Source: an uncultured candidate division Zixibacteria bacterium
GTDB lineage: Bacteria; Zixibacteria; MSB-5A5; GN15; FEB-12
NCBI GenBank assembly: GCA_963735035.1
Contig: CAVTJJ010000003.1
Location: 640,001-704,000 of the forward strand
Length of the DNA stretch: 64,000 nucleotides
Reading direction: 5' to 3'
The translations under genes and the position numbers were made by a program. Shown one piece after another: positions 9,838 through 19,754 of the stretch. How positions within the stretch are numbered: position 1 is the stretch's first letter; the number at the start of each line of letters is the position of its first letter. Under the pieces are notes generated by a model, which searched no databases, was not told the origin of the DNA, and saw only the letters and a program-made list of their open reading frames with translations.

Positions 9838-12800
9838 ATGAAATCAGCCTCTTTTCAGTTCGCCCTGGTCGGCGTCATGTTCTTCTCAGCTTTTTCGGTT
9901 CAGGGCGGACAACTCGATCCTGATCTGGTGACAACTATCCAGCAGGCGTCCCCCGACAGTCTGATAAGCGTCTGGATCGAAGTTAGGCAAGCCCCAGGCA
10001 CGGCCAGCATGAAATCGGCCGCGTCCTCAGCCGCCACTCGCGCCGAAGCCCATGCTCTCGTTTGCACTGAGTTGAGACAGCAGGCGACCGCTCAGAACAA
10101 TCTGGTAGACCATCTGAACACGCTGAAAAGTGCGGGACGGGCCGACCGCGTTAAGGGACACTGGATCGTCAATATTGTTGAGGCCGATGTCACCGCCGAA
10201 CAACTGGCTGAACTCTCCAGGCGAGACGATATCGTCAACATCTACCTCAAGCCCGTCGTGTCATCACTGGATGATTCCTCGGTCGACAACGGCGGAGCTT
10301 CGGTATCGCCCGACAGCACCACAGGCAATCTTCGCAATATCAAAGCCCCCGATGTGTGGGCGCTCGGTTATACCGGAACGGGACGAATCGTATGCAGTTT
10401 TGATACCGGCGTCAACGGCCTGCATCCGGCCCTGCACAGTCGCTGGAAAGGGAACGACGGCGATTCGGCGGCCGCCTGGTTCGACCCGGTTTTTCAACAA
10501 CCGTTCCCGCACTATGTCGCCTCGAGTCTTCAGCCGGCGCACGGCACCCATACTATGGGCATCATGGCAGGGGCTGATCCAAACACTCCCGATACGGTCG
10601 GTGTAGCCCCCGGCTCCAGGTGGATATCGGCCGCCGTGATCGATATTGCCGGTGCATCAATTCTCGATGCCTTCGAATGGGCGGCGGATCCCGACGGCAA
10701 CGCGAACACTATCGCCGACGTCCCCGATGTGATCAACCACAGTTGGGGATTCCAGAGCATTTCCTGCTTGAACATATTCTACACTGCGATCGACAACACT
10801 GAAGCCCTCGGGATTGTCAATATCTTCGCGGCTGGAAACTTCGGGACGCAGGGAGCAAGCAGCATAACTTGCCCGGCCGATCGCGCGCTTGATTCGCTGG
10901 ATTGTTTTGCGGTCGGCAATCTCAACTATTCGACTGACGTTATCGTCGCTTCGTCCTCACGTGGTCCGTCGCCGTGTAATCTCACCAAGATCAAGCCGAA
11001 CGTAGTCGCCCCCGGCAATAGCATACGCTCCTGTGCCTACAACTATCCGACCGTGAGCTATATTCCGATGAGCGGCACATCTATGGCCTCCCCGCACGTC
11101 GCCGGCCTGGTGGCGTTGCTTCGCCAGAAGAATCCTAACGCCACAGTTGATCAGATCAAAACGGCCATCTTGACCAGCACTCGCAGGGCCGTTGCCTGGG
11201 GCACTATGCCTAACAACACTTACGGTTGGGGCGAAATTGACTGTCTGGCGGCGCTAGATGCTCTCTCGGCATCCAATACCACTCCGCACATTCGCCTGTA
11301 CGATTTCGAGCACGCGGCCATCGCCCCCGGCGACACGATCTACGGCTGGGTCAGACTCCAAAACCTCGGGGCCTCTACTACCGGCGTCACCGCGATAGTA
11401 ACGAGCTCCAATCCCGCTCTCACGATCTTGGACGGTACCCTTTCGTTTGGCGATCTCAACGCAGGAACCATTGTCAGATCGATCGACTCCATCCGTGTCA
11501 TCGTGTCCGACACGGTCACCGACGGATCAGCGTTGGCGACCGACCTGGTCGTTCAGCGCGGAGTGGTGAACGATACTCTGCGGCTTTTCTTCCTGGTGGG
11601 CCAGCAACCGGTCAAGTCTATCGTGACACATACCGGCAGCCGGATAAGTTTCAGCCTCAGCGACTACGGCGTTCTCGGTTTGGGGGATGGCTCGATCTAT
11701 CCTCTCAATGGAGTTGGATTCACTTTCGATGGCGGTTCGAATGATCTTTACGAAGGCGGCTTGATGATCGGAGCCTCGTATTCCCAGGTCTCCAGCGGCG
11801 TACACACCTATCTGTTTGAACCGAACATGGACTTCAAGGTGGCGCCGAGCGGCGATATCCGGATGACCGCCCCGGGTCACGATGCCCCACAGCAGACCTT
11901 TGCCATGTTCAACGACAACGGCGCCAAATACCCGATCGGCGTTCTGGTTACTCAGGAATCGTTCTCTTACGACGCCCCCAACAACGATTTCGTGGGCCTG
12001 CGCTTTGCGATCAAGAACATTTCGGGCGCGACGTTGACCGATCTCTACGTCGGCCTCTACATGGACTGGGATATCTACAGCTTCAACTACAATGCCGGTG
12101 GATACGAAACCGACGGCGCTTTTGTCTGGCAGGCGTATAACAGCGGCACAGGACTATACAATTTCAGGGGCCTGAAACTTCTCAACGGCACTCTATCCGC
12201 GGGGGGCGCGATAGATTTTGATGTCTACCGTCAGTGGCCGCGAGTCACTTCCCCTCCATCCGGCGACGGTTACACCACCGACGAAAAATACGGATCTCTT
12301 ACCAGCGGATCCCTTTACGCCGACACCAACAAAACGGCCCGCAAGGAGATGTTTTCGATCATCGGGGCCGGACCAATCACGCTGGCCCCGGACCAGATGG
12401 ATACGGTTACTTTCGCTATTCTCGCGGCCAATACTCTCGATTCACTGCGAGACGCCGGGATGCGGGCCGAATCGGTTATGAACAACTTCGAAGATCAGGA
12501 TGGGGACGGCGTGCCTGACGTAACCGACAACTGTCTAACCATTCCGAATCCAAGCCAGGAGGACGCCGACGGCGATGGCATCGGTGATAGTTGCGACACC
12601 TGTACTGACACCGATCACGATGGGTTTGGTGATCCCGGTTTTGCCATGAATACGTGTGCGATCGACAATTGTCCGACTGTTCCGAATCCAAATCAAGAGG
12701 ACTCTAACAGTGATGGACTGGGCGATGCCTGCGACACTTTACCCAAAAACTTCTATCTCTACCAAAACTACCCGAACCCATTTAGCTTGATGACCATAAT

Positions 12801-13005
12801 CAAGTTCGATCTGCCGGAGCGAAACCGCTACAAACTGGAAATTCTCAACGTGTCCGGGCAGACCTTGTACTGTGTCGAGAGTGTGGGGCAGCCTGGTCGA
12901 ATAGCGATTCCGTGGAACGGCGACGGGTACGCCTCGGGCGCCTATTTCTATCGTGTGACCGTAGGCGGCCGCTCTTTCACCCGCAAGATGATGCTGCTGA
13001 AGTGA
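9838..13005 (+). CDS. Secreted subtilisin-family (S8) peptidase with thrombospondin type-3 repeats and a T9SS-type/FlgD-like C-terminal domain
   Basis: Catalytic triad motifs FDTG, HGTHTMG and [11 protein letters not shown]; DxDGDGxxDxCD repeats; QNYPNPF...RKMMLLK terminus; GGAG SD before 9838. Confidence 0.9.
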   Translation: MKSASFQFALVGVMFFSAFSVQGGQLDPDLVTTIQQASPDSLISVWIEVRQAPGTASMKSAASSAATRAEAHALVCTELRQQATAQNNLVDHLNTLKSAGRADRVKGHWIVNIVEADVTAEQLAELSRRDDIVNIYLKPVVSSLDDSSVDNGGASVSPDSTTGNLRNIKAPDVWALGYTGTGRIVCSFDTGVNGLHPALHSRWKGNDGDSAAAWFDPVFQQPFPHYVASSLQPAHGTHTMGIMAGADPNTPDTVGVAPGSRWISAAVIDIAGASILDAFEWAADPDGNANTIADVPDVINHSWGFQSISCLNIFYTAIDNTEALGIVNIFAAGNFGTQGASSITCPADRALDSLDCFAVGNLNYSTDVIVASSSRGPSPCNLTKIKPNVVAPGNSIRSCAYNYPTVSYIPMSGTSMASPHVAGLVALLRQKNPNATVDQIKTAILTSTRRAVAWGTMPNNTYGWGEIDCLAALDALSASNTTPHIRLYDFEHAAIAPGDTIYGWVRLQNLGASTTGVTAIVTSSNPALTILDGTLSFGDLNAGTIVRSIDSIRVIVSDTVTDGSALATDLVVQRGVVNDTLRLFFLVGQQPVKSIVTHTGSRISFSLSDYGVLGLGDGSIYPLNGVGFTFDGGSNDLYEGGLMIGASYSQVSSGVHTYLFEPNMDFKVAPSGDIRMTAPGHDAPQQTFAMFNDNGAKYPIGVLVTQESFSYDAPNNDFVGLRFAIKNISGATLTDLYVGLYMDWDIYSFNYNAGGYETDGAFVWQAYNSGTGLYNFRGLKLLNGTLSAGGAIDFDVYRQWPRVTSPPSGDGYTTDEKYGSLTSGSLYADTNKTARKEMFSIIGAGPITLAPDQMDTVTFAILAANTLDSLRDAGMRAESVMNNFEDQDGDGVPDVTDNCLTIPNPSQEDADGDGIGDSCDTCTDTDHDGFGDPGFAMNTCAIDNCPTVPNPNQEDSNSDGLGDACDTLPKNFYLYQNYPNPFSLMTIIKFDLPERNRYKLEILNVSGQTLYCVESVGQPGRIAIPWNGDGYASGAYFYRVTVGGRSFTRKMMLLK

Positions 13006-13052
13006 GCGCGATAACTCGAAGGACAGGTCCCCCAAACGGACCGTCTATGTAG

Positions 13053-14051
13053 CTAAGTAAGTTTAAGATTGGGAATCGCGTTGGCGATCAGCTCACCGGG
13101 GCCGTACTTCTCGAAACTGTAGAATCCGGCGGCGGCGATCATCGCGGCGTTGTCTGTACATAGTGACAGCGAGGGGTAGAACAAACGGCCTCTTCGCGCT
13201 TCAATTTCTTCACGCAGTCGCTGGCGCAGACGGCTGTTGGCGGCGACACCCCCGGAGATAGTCACATGACGCACGCCGGTGGCCTCAGTGGCGCGAACGG
13301 TCTTGGTTACCAGCACGTCAACGACCGCTTCCTGAAACGAGGCGGCGATATCCGCTTTCTTCTCGGCAAATTCATTCGGATCAAGTTTGTTCAGATAGAG
13401 TGAGACCGCGGTCTTCAAACCGGAGTACGAGAACTGGAAATCGTCTTTCATGACCGCGCGTGGAAACCGAAAGTAGCGGGGATTGCCGGTCGAAGCCAGC
13501 TTGTCGAGAGCTGCCCCGCCCGGATAACCAAGCCCCATGAGTTTGGCGACTTTGTCGAAAGCCTCGCCGGCGGCATCGTCGCGCGTACGACCCATCACAA
13601 TGTATTCCCCAAAGGCTTTGACTTCAACGAGCATGGTGTGTCCGCCGGACACGATCAGGGTCAGATGATGTTTGTCCAGTTCCCGGTGTTCGAGCATGTT
13701 CGCCGCCAGATGGCCTTCCAGATGGTTGACCGGTACAAACGGGATCGAGCGGGCGTAGGCCAGTCCTTTGGCGAAACTCAATCCAATCAGGAGCGGGCCG
13801 ACGAGTCCGGGTCCCATGGTCGCAGCGACCAGGTTGATCTGTTCAAGCGTGACTCCGGCTTCTTGCAGAGCCTGCTGATAAATGGGGACGATTGCTTTGA
13901 TGTGTTCGCGGCTGGCAACTTCGGGGATGACGCCGCCGAAGCGGGTGTGTACCGCCTGTGACAGGATAACGTTGGACAGGATGTCGCGTCCATCGCGAAC
14001 CACCGCCGCCGACGTTTCATCGCATGAGGTTTCAATTCCCAGAGTTAGCAT
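13053..14051 (-). CDS. tsaD: tRNA N6-threonylcarbamoyltransferase TsaD
   Basis: LGIETSCDET, HLEGH, VSGGHT, DDAAGEAFDK and CTDNAAMIA motifs. Confidence 0.97.
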   Translation of the reverse strand: MLTLGIETSCDETSAAVVRDGRDILSNVILSQAVHTRFGGVIPEVASREHIKAIVPIYQQALQEAGVTLEQINLVAATMGPGLVGPLLIGLSFAKGLAYARSIPFVPVNHLEGHLAANMLEHRELDKHHLTLIVSGGHTMLVEVKAFGEYIVMGRTRDDAAGEAFDKVAKLMGLGYPGGAALDKLASTGNPRYFRFPRAVMKDDFQFSYSGLKTAVSLYLNKLDPNEFAEKKADIAASFQEAVVDVLVTKTVRATEATGVRHVTISGGVAANSRLRQRLREEIEARRGRLFYPSLSLCTDNAAMIAAAGFYSFEKYGPGELIANAIPNLKLT

Positions 14052-14970
14052 CGGGATTAGTTATGACGAGTACGGAATCGCTGGAGAGCGACTTGAACTT
14101 GAAACCGGGGGGACAATCGAAACGGACTTTGGCTCGTCCGCCGGCGCTGATCGTGCGATGATCCACCGAGAGGGTCAGGGCGTTGGGAGTGAGTCGGTCA
14201 ATTTCATCGGGCGGCCCGGTCAATTCAACTTTCAATTCGGTCGGGTCGGTGCGGACAGCAATTCCCCCCGGTGTATTGAACACCTGCACGGGGATATGCT
14301 CGAATACCCGCGTTTTTACCGGGAAGACCGGAATCGTCACCGACACCGATTCCGGTTCCACTCGGAATCCGTAACCTTCCGGGCAAATAGTCGGTACGGT
14401 AATAGTCACCGGATTGCGCATTGAACCGAGTTTCTTGGATGCAGTGCGGATGGTGTCAACTTCCTGTAGCCGCGAGCGCGGGCCGATAAGCGTGGCCGTC
14501 GACGGCGCAATCTGCAATTGCTGACCCACGGCAAAACCATCATCAGCTTCGGTCTCAAGCGCCGCCGTTATGGGCACTTGTTTCTTGCCCTCGACGTCTA
14601 TTTCCAGGCGAAGAACCTTGGGCGACACTATTTCCTGAAGCGTAACCTCGGTGGTGGGGTGCACCAGAGATGTATTCTGCGTGCTTAGATTGACGTTGAA
14701 TCGTCCGGCCCGGAACTGTCCGGCGTTGATTTCGACACCTTCATCCCGCCACTTTCGCCGGAGGAGTTGTTTGCCCGACGCCAGGACCGACACGCGAAGC
14801 GAGTCCGGAGGCGCCTCCGCCAACACCAGTCCATCACTCAGGATGACTTGAGTAATGGGCAATATGATTTCATGGTTGTAGATCTTCTCGGTTTCGACGT
14901 GCAGCCAGACGAGCAGGCCGAGACCGAAAGCCGTTATCTTGAGCCAGAAATTGTTGAACAGCCACTTCAT
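14032..14970 (-). CDS. YbbR/CdaR-like membrane-anchored protein
   Basis: N-terminal N..LK...F.L.LLVW TM segment followed by repeated P..V.V...G(P) YbbR-type domains. Confidence 0.8.
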   Translation of the reverse strand: MKWLFNNFWLKITAFGLGLLVWLHVETEKIYNHEIILPITQVILSDGLVLAEAPPDSLRVSVLASGKQLLRRKWRDEGVEINAGQFRAGRFNVNLSTQNTSLVHPTTEVTLQEIVSPKVLRLEIDVEGKKQVPITAALETEADDGFAVGQQLQIAPSTATLIGPRSRLQEVDTIRTASKKLGSMRNPVTITVPTICPEGYGFRVEPESVSVTIPVFPVKTRVFEHIPVQVFNTPGGIAVRTDPTELKVELTGPPDEIDRLTPNALTLSVDHRTISAGGRAKVRFDCPPGFKFKSLSSDSVLVITNPDANSGN

Positions 14971-15028
14971 TAGAATCCATCTTACACAAATACAAGGGGC
15001 CGATCAACCCTATTGTTGACCGATCAGA

Positions 15029-16504
15029 TCAATCGACCCAGCGCGAATCGTTCCACATAAACCGGGTAACCCCGTTATCCGTGCCTACCCAGAGGTAATC
15101 GCCGTCGAACCGGAGCGACAGGACATTGTCCGACGCCAGGCCATCGGCCTCAGTCACGACAACTGTACGGTCTTTCTTAGCACCGGGCGTAATCAGTACC
15201 AGACCGCGATCGTTGGCCAAAGCGACCACCCGGTCGTTGACCGCCAGGGCGCGTCGGTTATGCCGGTTGCTGGGCTCTCGAAATGATTCCGACTTGCCGG
15301 TGGCTATATCCAGCCTGACCACGCCGGCGTCCGAAGCTAACCAAACGTCGGTTCCAGAGTGCTCGATATTCAGCACCGCGCTGAACAACACCAACTCGGA
15401 ATCCTGGAATTGCTGAAGGCGGTCAGTTTCGAAAGTATAGCGAAAGGCCCCGATACTGGACGCGACCCAGACCGTCTTGTCAACCAGGTCAAGATCGTAA
15501 ATGATCTGCCGGTGAAAAGTTTCGGGACGAACCTGATAGATCGAATCAGTCCCCATCTTGAGAAGACTTAATCCGCCCCCTGTTCCTATCAAAAGCGAGT
15601 CGCCGGAACGTGCGAGCGAGACGACAAAATCGTCCTGAAGCCCACGGTTGGCGTTAAGTGGGCCGCGAGCAATATGGGTTGCTTTGTCCAACTCGTACAA
15701 GCCTCGCGGTGTGCCTATGTAGAGGGTGCCGGAATCGGCCTGGAGAGAGTAGATGTCGTCGGCCGGGAAATTGCCATCGAGACCTGATTCGATATCATCG
15801 AAAGTATTGTTCGTAACGTCGTAACCTGACAGACCGGTGCGGAAAGATTGTTGAATCCTTCCTGCGAACCAAATAATGGAATCGTCGGGGAAGATCACAT
15901 CCACCTGGTCCTGCAGGAGCCCGTAAGGCAGAAGGTCCATCAGGCCCGACCGGGAATCGGCGCGGGCGGGACCGAATCCCCAGGTTCCCATCCAGAGATC
16001 ACCCGCGGCGTCCTGCACTACATCGGTAGACTTGAAATGGCGGGCATGAGCATCGACGAATTCTCCCAGCCCGCTGTAAATAGCGTCGAATTGAGGCAGG
16101 AGTATATCCGGAGTGTGAATGTGGGTGATGTCGTTGTCGATCGACGGCAGCTCCGCGACGACGCTCCAGCTATCCATGAAACTGTCGTACTGATATATGC
16201 TCAGTTCGGTGCCGAGAAAGAGGGTCTGGTCAAAGCGGTCGACCCAGAGCTTCTGAATCGGCTCGCGCGGCGCGGCGTCGCCGCCGGTCATGGGCATGTC
16301 CCACTGCAGGTGCTGTTTGTCGTAGCGGATCAATCCACCGGTAGTGCCGTAGTAGGCATAGGCGTTCGACACGGTCACCGCCTGCACATAGTCAAAATTG
16401 CGGAATGTCACCGCCTGGCCGGGAACGTGTTGGGCAAAACTGTCCGGTGCGATGACCAGGAATGCGATGAAGAACGCACTTGTGCTTGAGATGATCCGGT
16501 TCAT
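15029..16504 (-). CDS. Secreted beta-propeller protein (two-component-regulator propeller-like)
   Basis: Signal peptide; repeated LW/Y.GT..G blades and a GLASDNV motif; ATGA overlap with the upstream amidohydrolase stop at 16501-16504. Confidence 0.7.
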   Translation of the reverse strand: MNRIISSTSAFFIAFLVIAPDSFAQHVPGQAVTFRNFDYVQAVTVSNAYAYYGTTGGLIRYDKQHLQWDMPMTGGDAAPREPIQKLWVDRFDQTLFLGTELSIYQYDSFMDSWSVVAELPSIDNDITHIHTPDILLPQFDAIYSGLGEFVDAHARHFKSTDVVQDAAGDLWMGTWGFGPARADSRSGLMDLLPYGLLQDQVDVIFPDDSIIWFAGRIQQSFRTGLSGYDVTNNTFDDIESGLDGNFPADDIYSLQADSGTLYIGTPRGLYELDKATHIARGPLNANRGLQDDFVVSLARSGDSLLIGTGGGLSLLKMGTDSIYQVRPETFHRQIIYDLDLVDKTVWVASSIGAFRYTFETDRLQQFQDSELVLFSAVLNIEHSGTDVWLASDAGVVRLDIATGKSESFREPSNRHNRRALAVNDRVVALANDRGLVLITPGAKKDRTVVVTEADGLASDNVLSLRFDGDYLWVGTDNGVTRFMWNDSRWVD

Positions 16505-17721
16505 CTGGTCTTCTCTTCTGCGTATTTGAGAACAGCACCGGTCAGTAGCGCTGAGCCGTACCAGAGCGCGTTCTCGTCGGCGACAAACTTCGACGAATGC
16601 CAGGGTTGGACGGCGCCTATCGCCGGATTGCGGATTCCGAGACGCAGCATAGCTCCCTGCACATGCTCCAAGTAGTATGCGAAGTCCTCCGAGCCGAGGC
16701 TTTGATCGGCTTTGACCACTTTGGTGCGGCCAAACAGAGTGGCAAACACATCCGAGTACAGTTTGTTGGTCGCCGTGTCGTTGACGAGTGGCGGGTACGA
16801 CGCCACAATCGTTGTCTTGCCGACCGCGCCGTGAACTCGGCATGCGGCGGCAACAGTCTGTTTGATAAGGCCGGGCAATTTTCGGGCGAGTTCCAGGTCG
16901 AGTGTCCGGGCTGTGCAGATCAATTGAGCCGAAGAAGCTATCACGTTTCGGGCGGTGCCGCCGCTGAATTGCCCAATCGACAAAACCATGGGTGAAAGCT
17001 GATCGGTTCGGCGTGAGACTATCGTCTGCAAAGCGTTTACTACCGCCGCTGCGGCGACAACGGCATCAACACCAAGATGCGGCCGCGCTGCATGACTGCC
17101 GCGACCGGTGATACTGATGTCGAAATCCAGCACTCCGGCCATCATGGGGCCATCGCATAGACCAATCTTGCCGACCGGAATCGACGGATCCACGTGCAGG
17201 CCGAAAATGGCATCGACACCTCGCAGAACCCCTTCTTTGACTAGAAGTGTCGCTCCACCCGGCGGGGCCTCCTCGGCGGGCTGAAATAGAAACCGTACCG
17301 TTCCTTTCAGTTCCTTGCGACGTTCAGCAAGCAACGCTGCCGTGCCAAGCACGATAGCCATGTGCATGTCGTGACCGCAGGCGTGCATCTTGCCGACCGT
17401 GTTGGAAGCATACGGCAGCCCGGTTTGTTCGGTGACCGGAAGAGCGTCAATATCAGAACGGATGGCGACAGTTGGGCCGGGCCGCCCCCCTTTGAGTTCC
17501 GCCACAACCCCGGTGGGGATTTTCAAAGTCCAGAGGGCAAGGCCGAGCCGGCGGAGTTCCTTTTTGAGAAAGGCCGTGGTCTTGATCTCCTGAAGGGCGG
17601 TTTCGGGATTTTGATGCAGGTGACGGCGCCATTTCACCTGGGCTGGAAAAAGCCGTCGGGCGGAGGCAATGACAGCCTTGTTTTCAGTTTCCGTGTGACG
17701 AGAGGTCTTCTGATGTGGCAA
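16501..17721 (-). CDS. M20D amidohydrolase / carboxypeptidase
   Basis: RRHLHQNPE, RSDIDALP, MHACGHD, FQPAEE and GSEDF motifs. Confidence 0.92.
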   Translation of the reverse strand: MPHQKTSRHTETENKAVIASARRLFPAQVKWRRHLHQNPETALQEIKTTAFLKKELRRLGLALWTLKIPTGVVAELKGGRPGPTVAIRSDIDALPVTEQTGLPYASNTVGKMHACGHDMHMAIVLGTAALLAERRKELKGTVRFLFQPAEEAPPGGATLLVKEGVLRGVDAIFGLHVDPSIPVGKIGLCDGPMMAGVLDFDISITGRGSHAARPHLGVDAVVAAAAVVNALQTIVSRRTDQLSPMVLSIGQFSGGTARNVIASSAQLICTARTLDLELARKLPGLIKQTVAAACRVHGAVGKTTIVASYPPLVNDTATNKLYSDVFATLFGRTKVVKADQSLGSEDFAYYLEHVQGAMLRLGIRNPAIGAVQPWHSSKFVADENALWYGSALLTGAVLKYAEEKTR

Positions 17722-17763
17722 GGTGTTGCACCTGTCCTAAATGGTTTGTTCGTGATCCAGGTT

Positions 17764-17793
17764 ACTATATGACTTATACGATATATCTGTCAA
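17764..17793 (-). promoter_or_regulatory. sigma70-type promoter for the amidohydrolase-propeller-ybbR-tsaD operon
   Basis: Minus strand reads TTGACA-N18-TATAGT. Confidence 0.55.
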
Positions 17794-17877
17794 CAAGCGT
17801 CGTCATTAGCTTGACAGGGACAATCAAGGGGCGTTTCTTAGGACAGCTTTCATAACCGCTTTGAGCGGAGGGTTACT

Positions 17878-18975
17878 ATGCGTTACGCCGCGATTATGCT
17901 GTCGCGCCAGCCGTTACGCCCGACCGGAGAGACTCCGTGGGTGAAGAAATCGGTTGAGGCGGTCCGCTGGCTCAAAGACAACGGTCTGGGATTGACTAGC
18001 TCGGTCGGCTTACAGACCTGGGAACTCCTGACAACTATCGCGCTGGAACAGGCAGTGCCTCTGCGCCTGGTGTTGCCGTGCGCGTCTTCGGAAGAGTTCT
18101 TCGAACTCAGTGATGCCGTGATGCTGGATTTCGGGCTCTCTGAAGAGCTGATCGAATTCATCCCGGTGCGGGACGAAAGTGGCGCTGACCGGATCGGTTT
18201 GTCGACCGCGCGTGATCGCCAGATAGTCGAAACCGCCGATCTTCTGATTCCGATATCCTGTCGCCCCGGAGGGAATATGACTGCGTTACTTGAAGAGGCA
18301 GGGAAACGCGGCCAGGATGTGGAGAATCGATTCGCAGTAGAAGATGGGCGACCGAATGAACCGTTGAAATATGACATAGGTGAACAACCGCTGAACCCGA
18401 CTTTGCAAACGTTGGCCGTGAGGTATCTCATACACTGGACGCGGACTACCAGTTCCGCGTGGCCGGGAGAGACACGAGCCGGGTTCTATCGAGATATTCT
18501 GGCGTCTGTTGCCTGGCCGAGATCGGCCTTTGCTACCCTGCAGCGGATTGTCCGCATGAAGAAGATCATGTCCAGCCCCCGCCACATGCCCGGCAACACA
18601 CCGACCGTGTCGTTTTCGGCCTTAGGTCCAACCGAGGCTGTGCCATTGATGCGTTGGAGAGCGCGATATCGCGAAATGTCGTTCGAGCCATACGGGATCG
18701 GTATCGAACGACCTCTGGCCACAAAGCTCGGCATTGATGAGGTGATGTATTTCGAGCGGGCCGACGAAGCCTCGGTTCCGGCTGAGGATCGATGGAAATG
18801 GCAGTCCAGCGGAAAGGTCACTCCGTGGCGGGCGGAACGGGAATTTCGCTATCGGGGTGATCTGGATCTGGGGAGAATTCCGTCCGGATCAATAGCGCTC
18901 TTCTGCAGGACGGCCGATGAAGCCCGGGTACTCAGGGAACTACATAGCGGGCCAGTCTGGTCGTTGTTTGCTTGA
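17878..18975 (+). CDS. Hypothetical protein: SLOG/DprA-like N-terminal domain fused to an ART-fold (AbiGi/DUF2971-like) C-terminal domain
   Basis: GGAGG SD. N-terminal AAIMLSR...LVLP...ARDRQIV..ADLL...GG; C-terminal LIHWTR...VSFS...EPYGIGI...W..EREFR. Confidence 0.6.
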   Translation: MRYAAIMLSRQPLRPTGETPWVKKSVEAVRWLKDNGLGLTSSVGLQTWELLTTIALEQAVPLRLVLPCASSEEFFELSDAVMLDFGLSEELIEFIPVRDESGADRIGLSTARDRQIVETADLLIPISCRPGGNMTALLEEAGKRGQDVENRFAVEDGRPNEPLKYDIGEQPLNPTLQTLAVRYLIHWTRTTSSAWPGETRAGFYRDILASVAWPRSAFATLQRIVRMKKIMSSPRHMPGNTPTVSFSALGPTEAVPLMRWRARYREMSFEPYGIGIERPLATKLGIDEVMYFERADEASVPAEDRWKWQSSGKVTPWRAEREFRYRGDLDLGRIPSGSIALFCRTADEARVLRELHSGPVWSLFA

Positions 18976-19191
18976 TGGGGATGGCCCCCCGGGGGCTGAC
19001 GACCTCTCGGTCGTGGCAATCTACATCGTGTCCTATCAGGCGTCCCTGCCTGACTGCCTTATTAGGTTTGACGCTGTTTCATCGCCGCACTATTATTTCG
19101 CCATGCGAATCGTTTGCGCGGGATACATTCACTGCCTATATGAACCAACCCAGCAGATTATTGTCACTGCGAACCGCACGAGGGACTGCAA

Positions 19192-19515
19192 ATGACGTTT
19201 CCCAAGCTGAATAAGAAATACTGGATAAGTCTTTCGGGGATAGCTGCAATTTGGTCTCTGCCGATTTGGACTTACGTCATCATTGATGCCGTAAGATTGT
19301 CGAAGGGTCTGCCAGTTGTATCTTGGGAGCGCGTTCAGATGCCGGGAATATTGCTTTCGGTGTATCTTAGTCCCCACGGTGTTTGGGCTGGAATGCACGA
19401 CTATACTTGGACGGAGGTTGGCATCTACGGTTGTCTGTTCTACTATGTAGTAGTCGCGCTTCTAGTGATGCTCTGGCGCAGAGTCAGAAGGTCAAAGTAC
19501 TCTAGAACTTTGTAG
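19192..19515 (+). CDS. Small hypothetical membrane protein
   Basis: GAGGG SD; 2-3 hydrophobic segments; its stop codon is the TAG of the adjacent GTAG repeat. Confidence 0.45.
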   Translation: MTFPKLNKKYWISLSGIAAIWSLPIWTYVIIDAVRLSKGLPVVSWERVQMPGILLSVYLSPHGVWAGMHDYTWTEVGIYGCLFYYVVVALLVMLWRRVRRSKYSRTL

Positions 19516-19711
19516 GTCGGGTTTACGGAGTCACGAGCGACGCGAGTGACGACAAACCCGACACCGAGATCGACAGACAAGGGGCAGACGAGGACGTCTG
19601 CCGCCCACATAGCCCTATCCACCCCACCCGCCCCCAATTTTCCGCATTGTAGACCAGCCCTGATCATCGTATATTTGTGCAATCCCACCCGCAAGCGGAT
19701 GGGCCACCCGG
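19512..19711. repeat. REP-like cluster
   Basis: GTAGGTCGGGTTT...AAACCCGACA (19512-19563), GGCAGACGAGGACGTCTGCC (about 19583-19602) and TGCAATCCCACCCGCAAGCGGATGGGCCACCCGG (19678-19711). Confidence 0.8.
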
Positions 19712-19754
19712 AGATTCGAAAGCGTCACGGACCCGGATTGGACAGGGACTACTT

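Noticed and set aside
12496..12738. Repetitive GAC/GGC-rich DNA in the S8 gene
   Set aside because: Explained by protein-level thrombospondin type-3 calcium-binding repeats, not a DNA repeat element or DGR.
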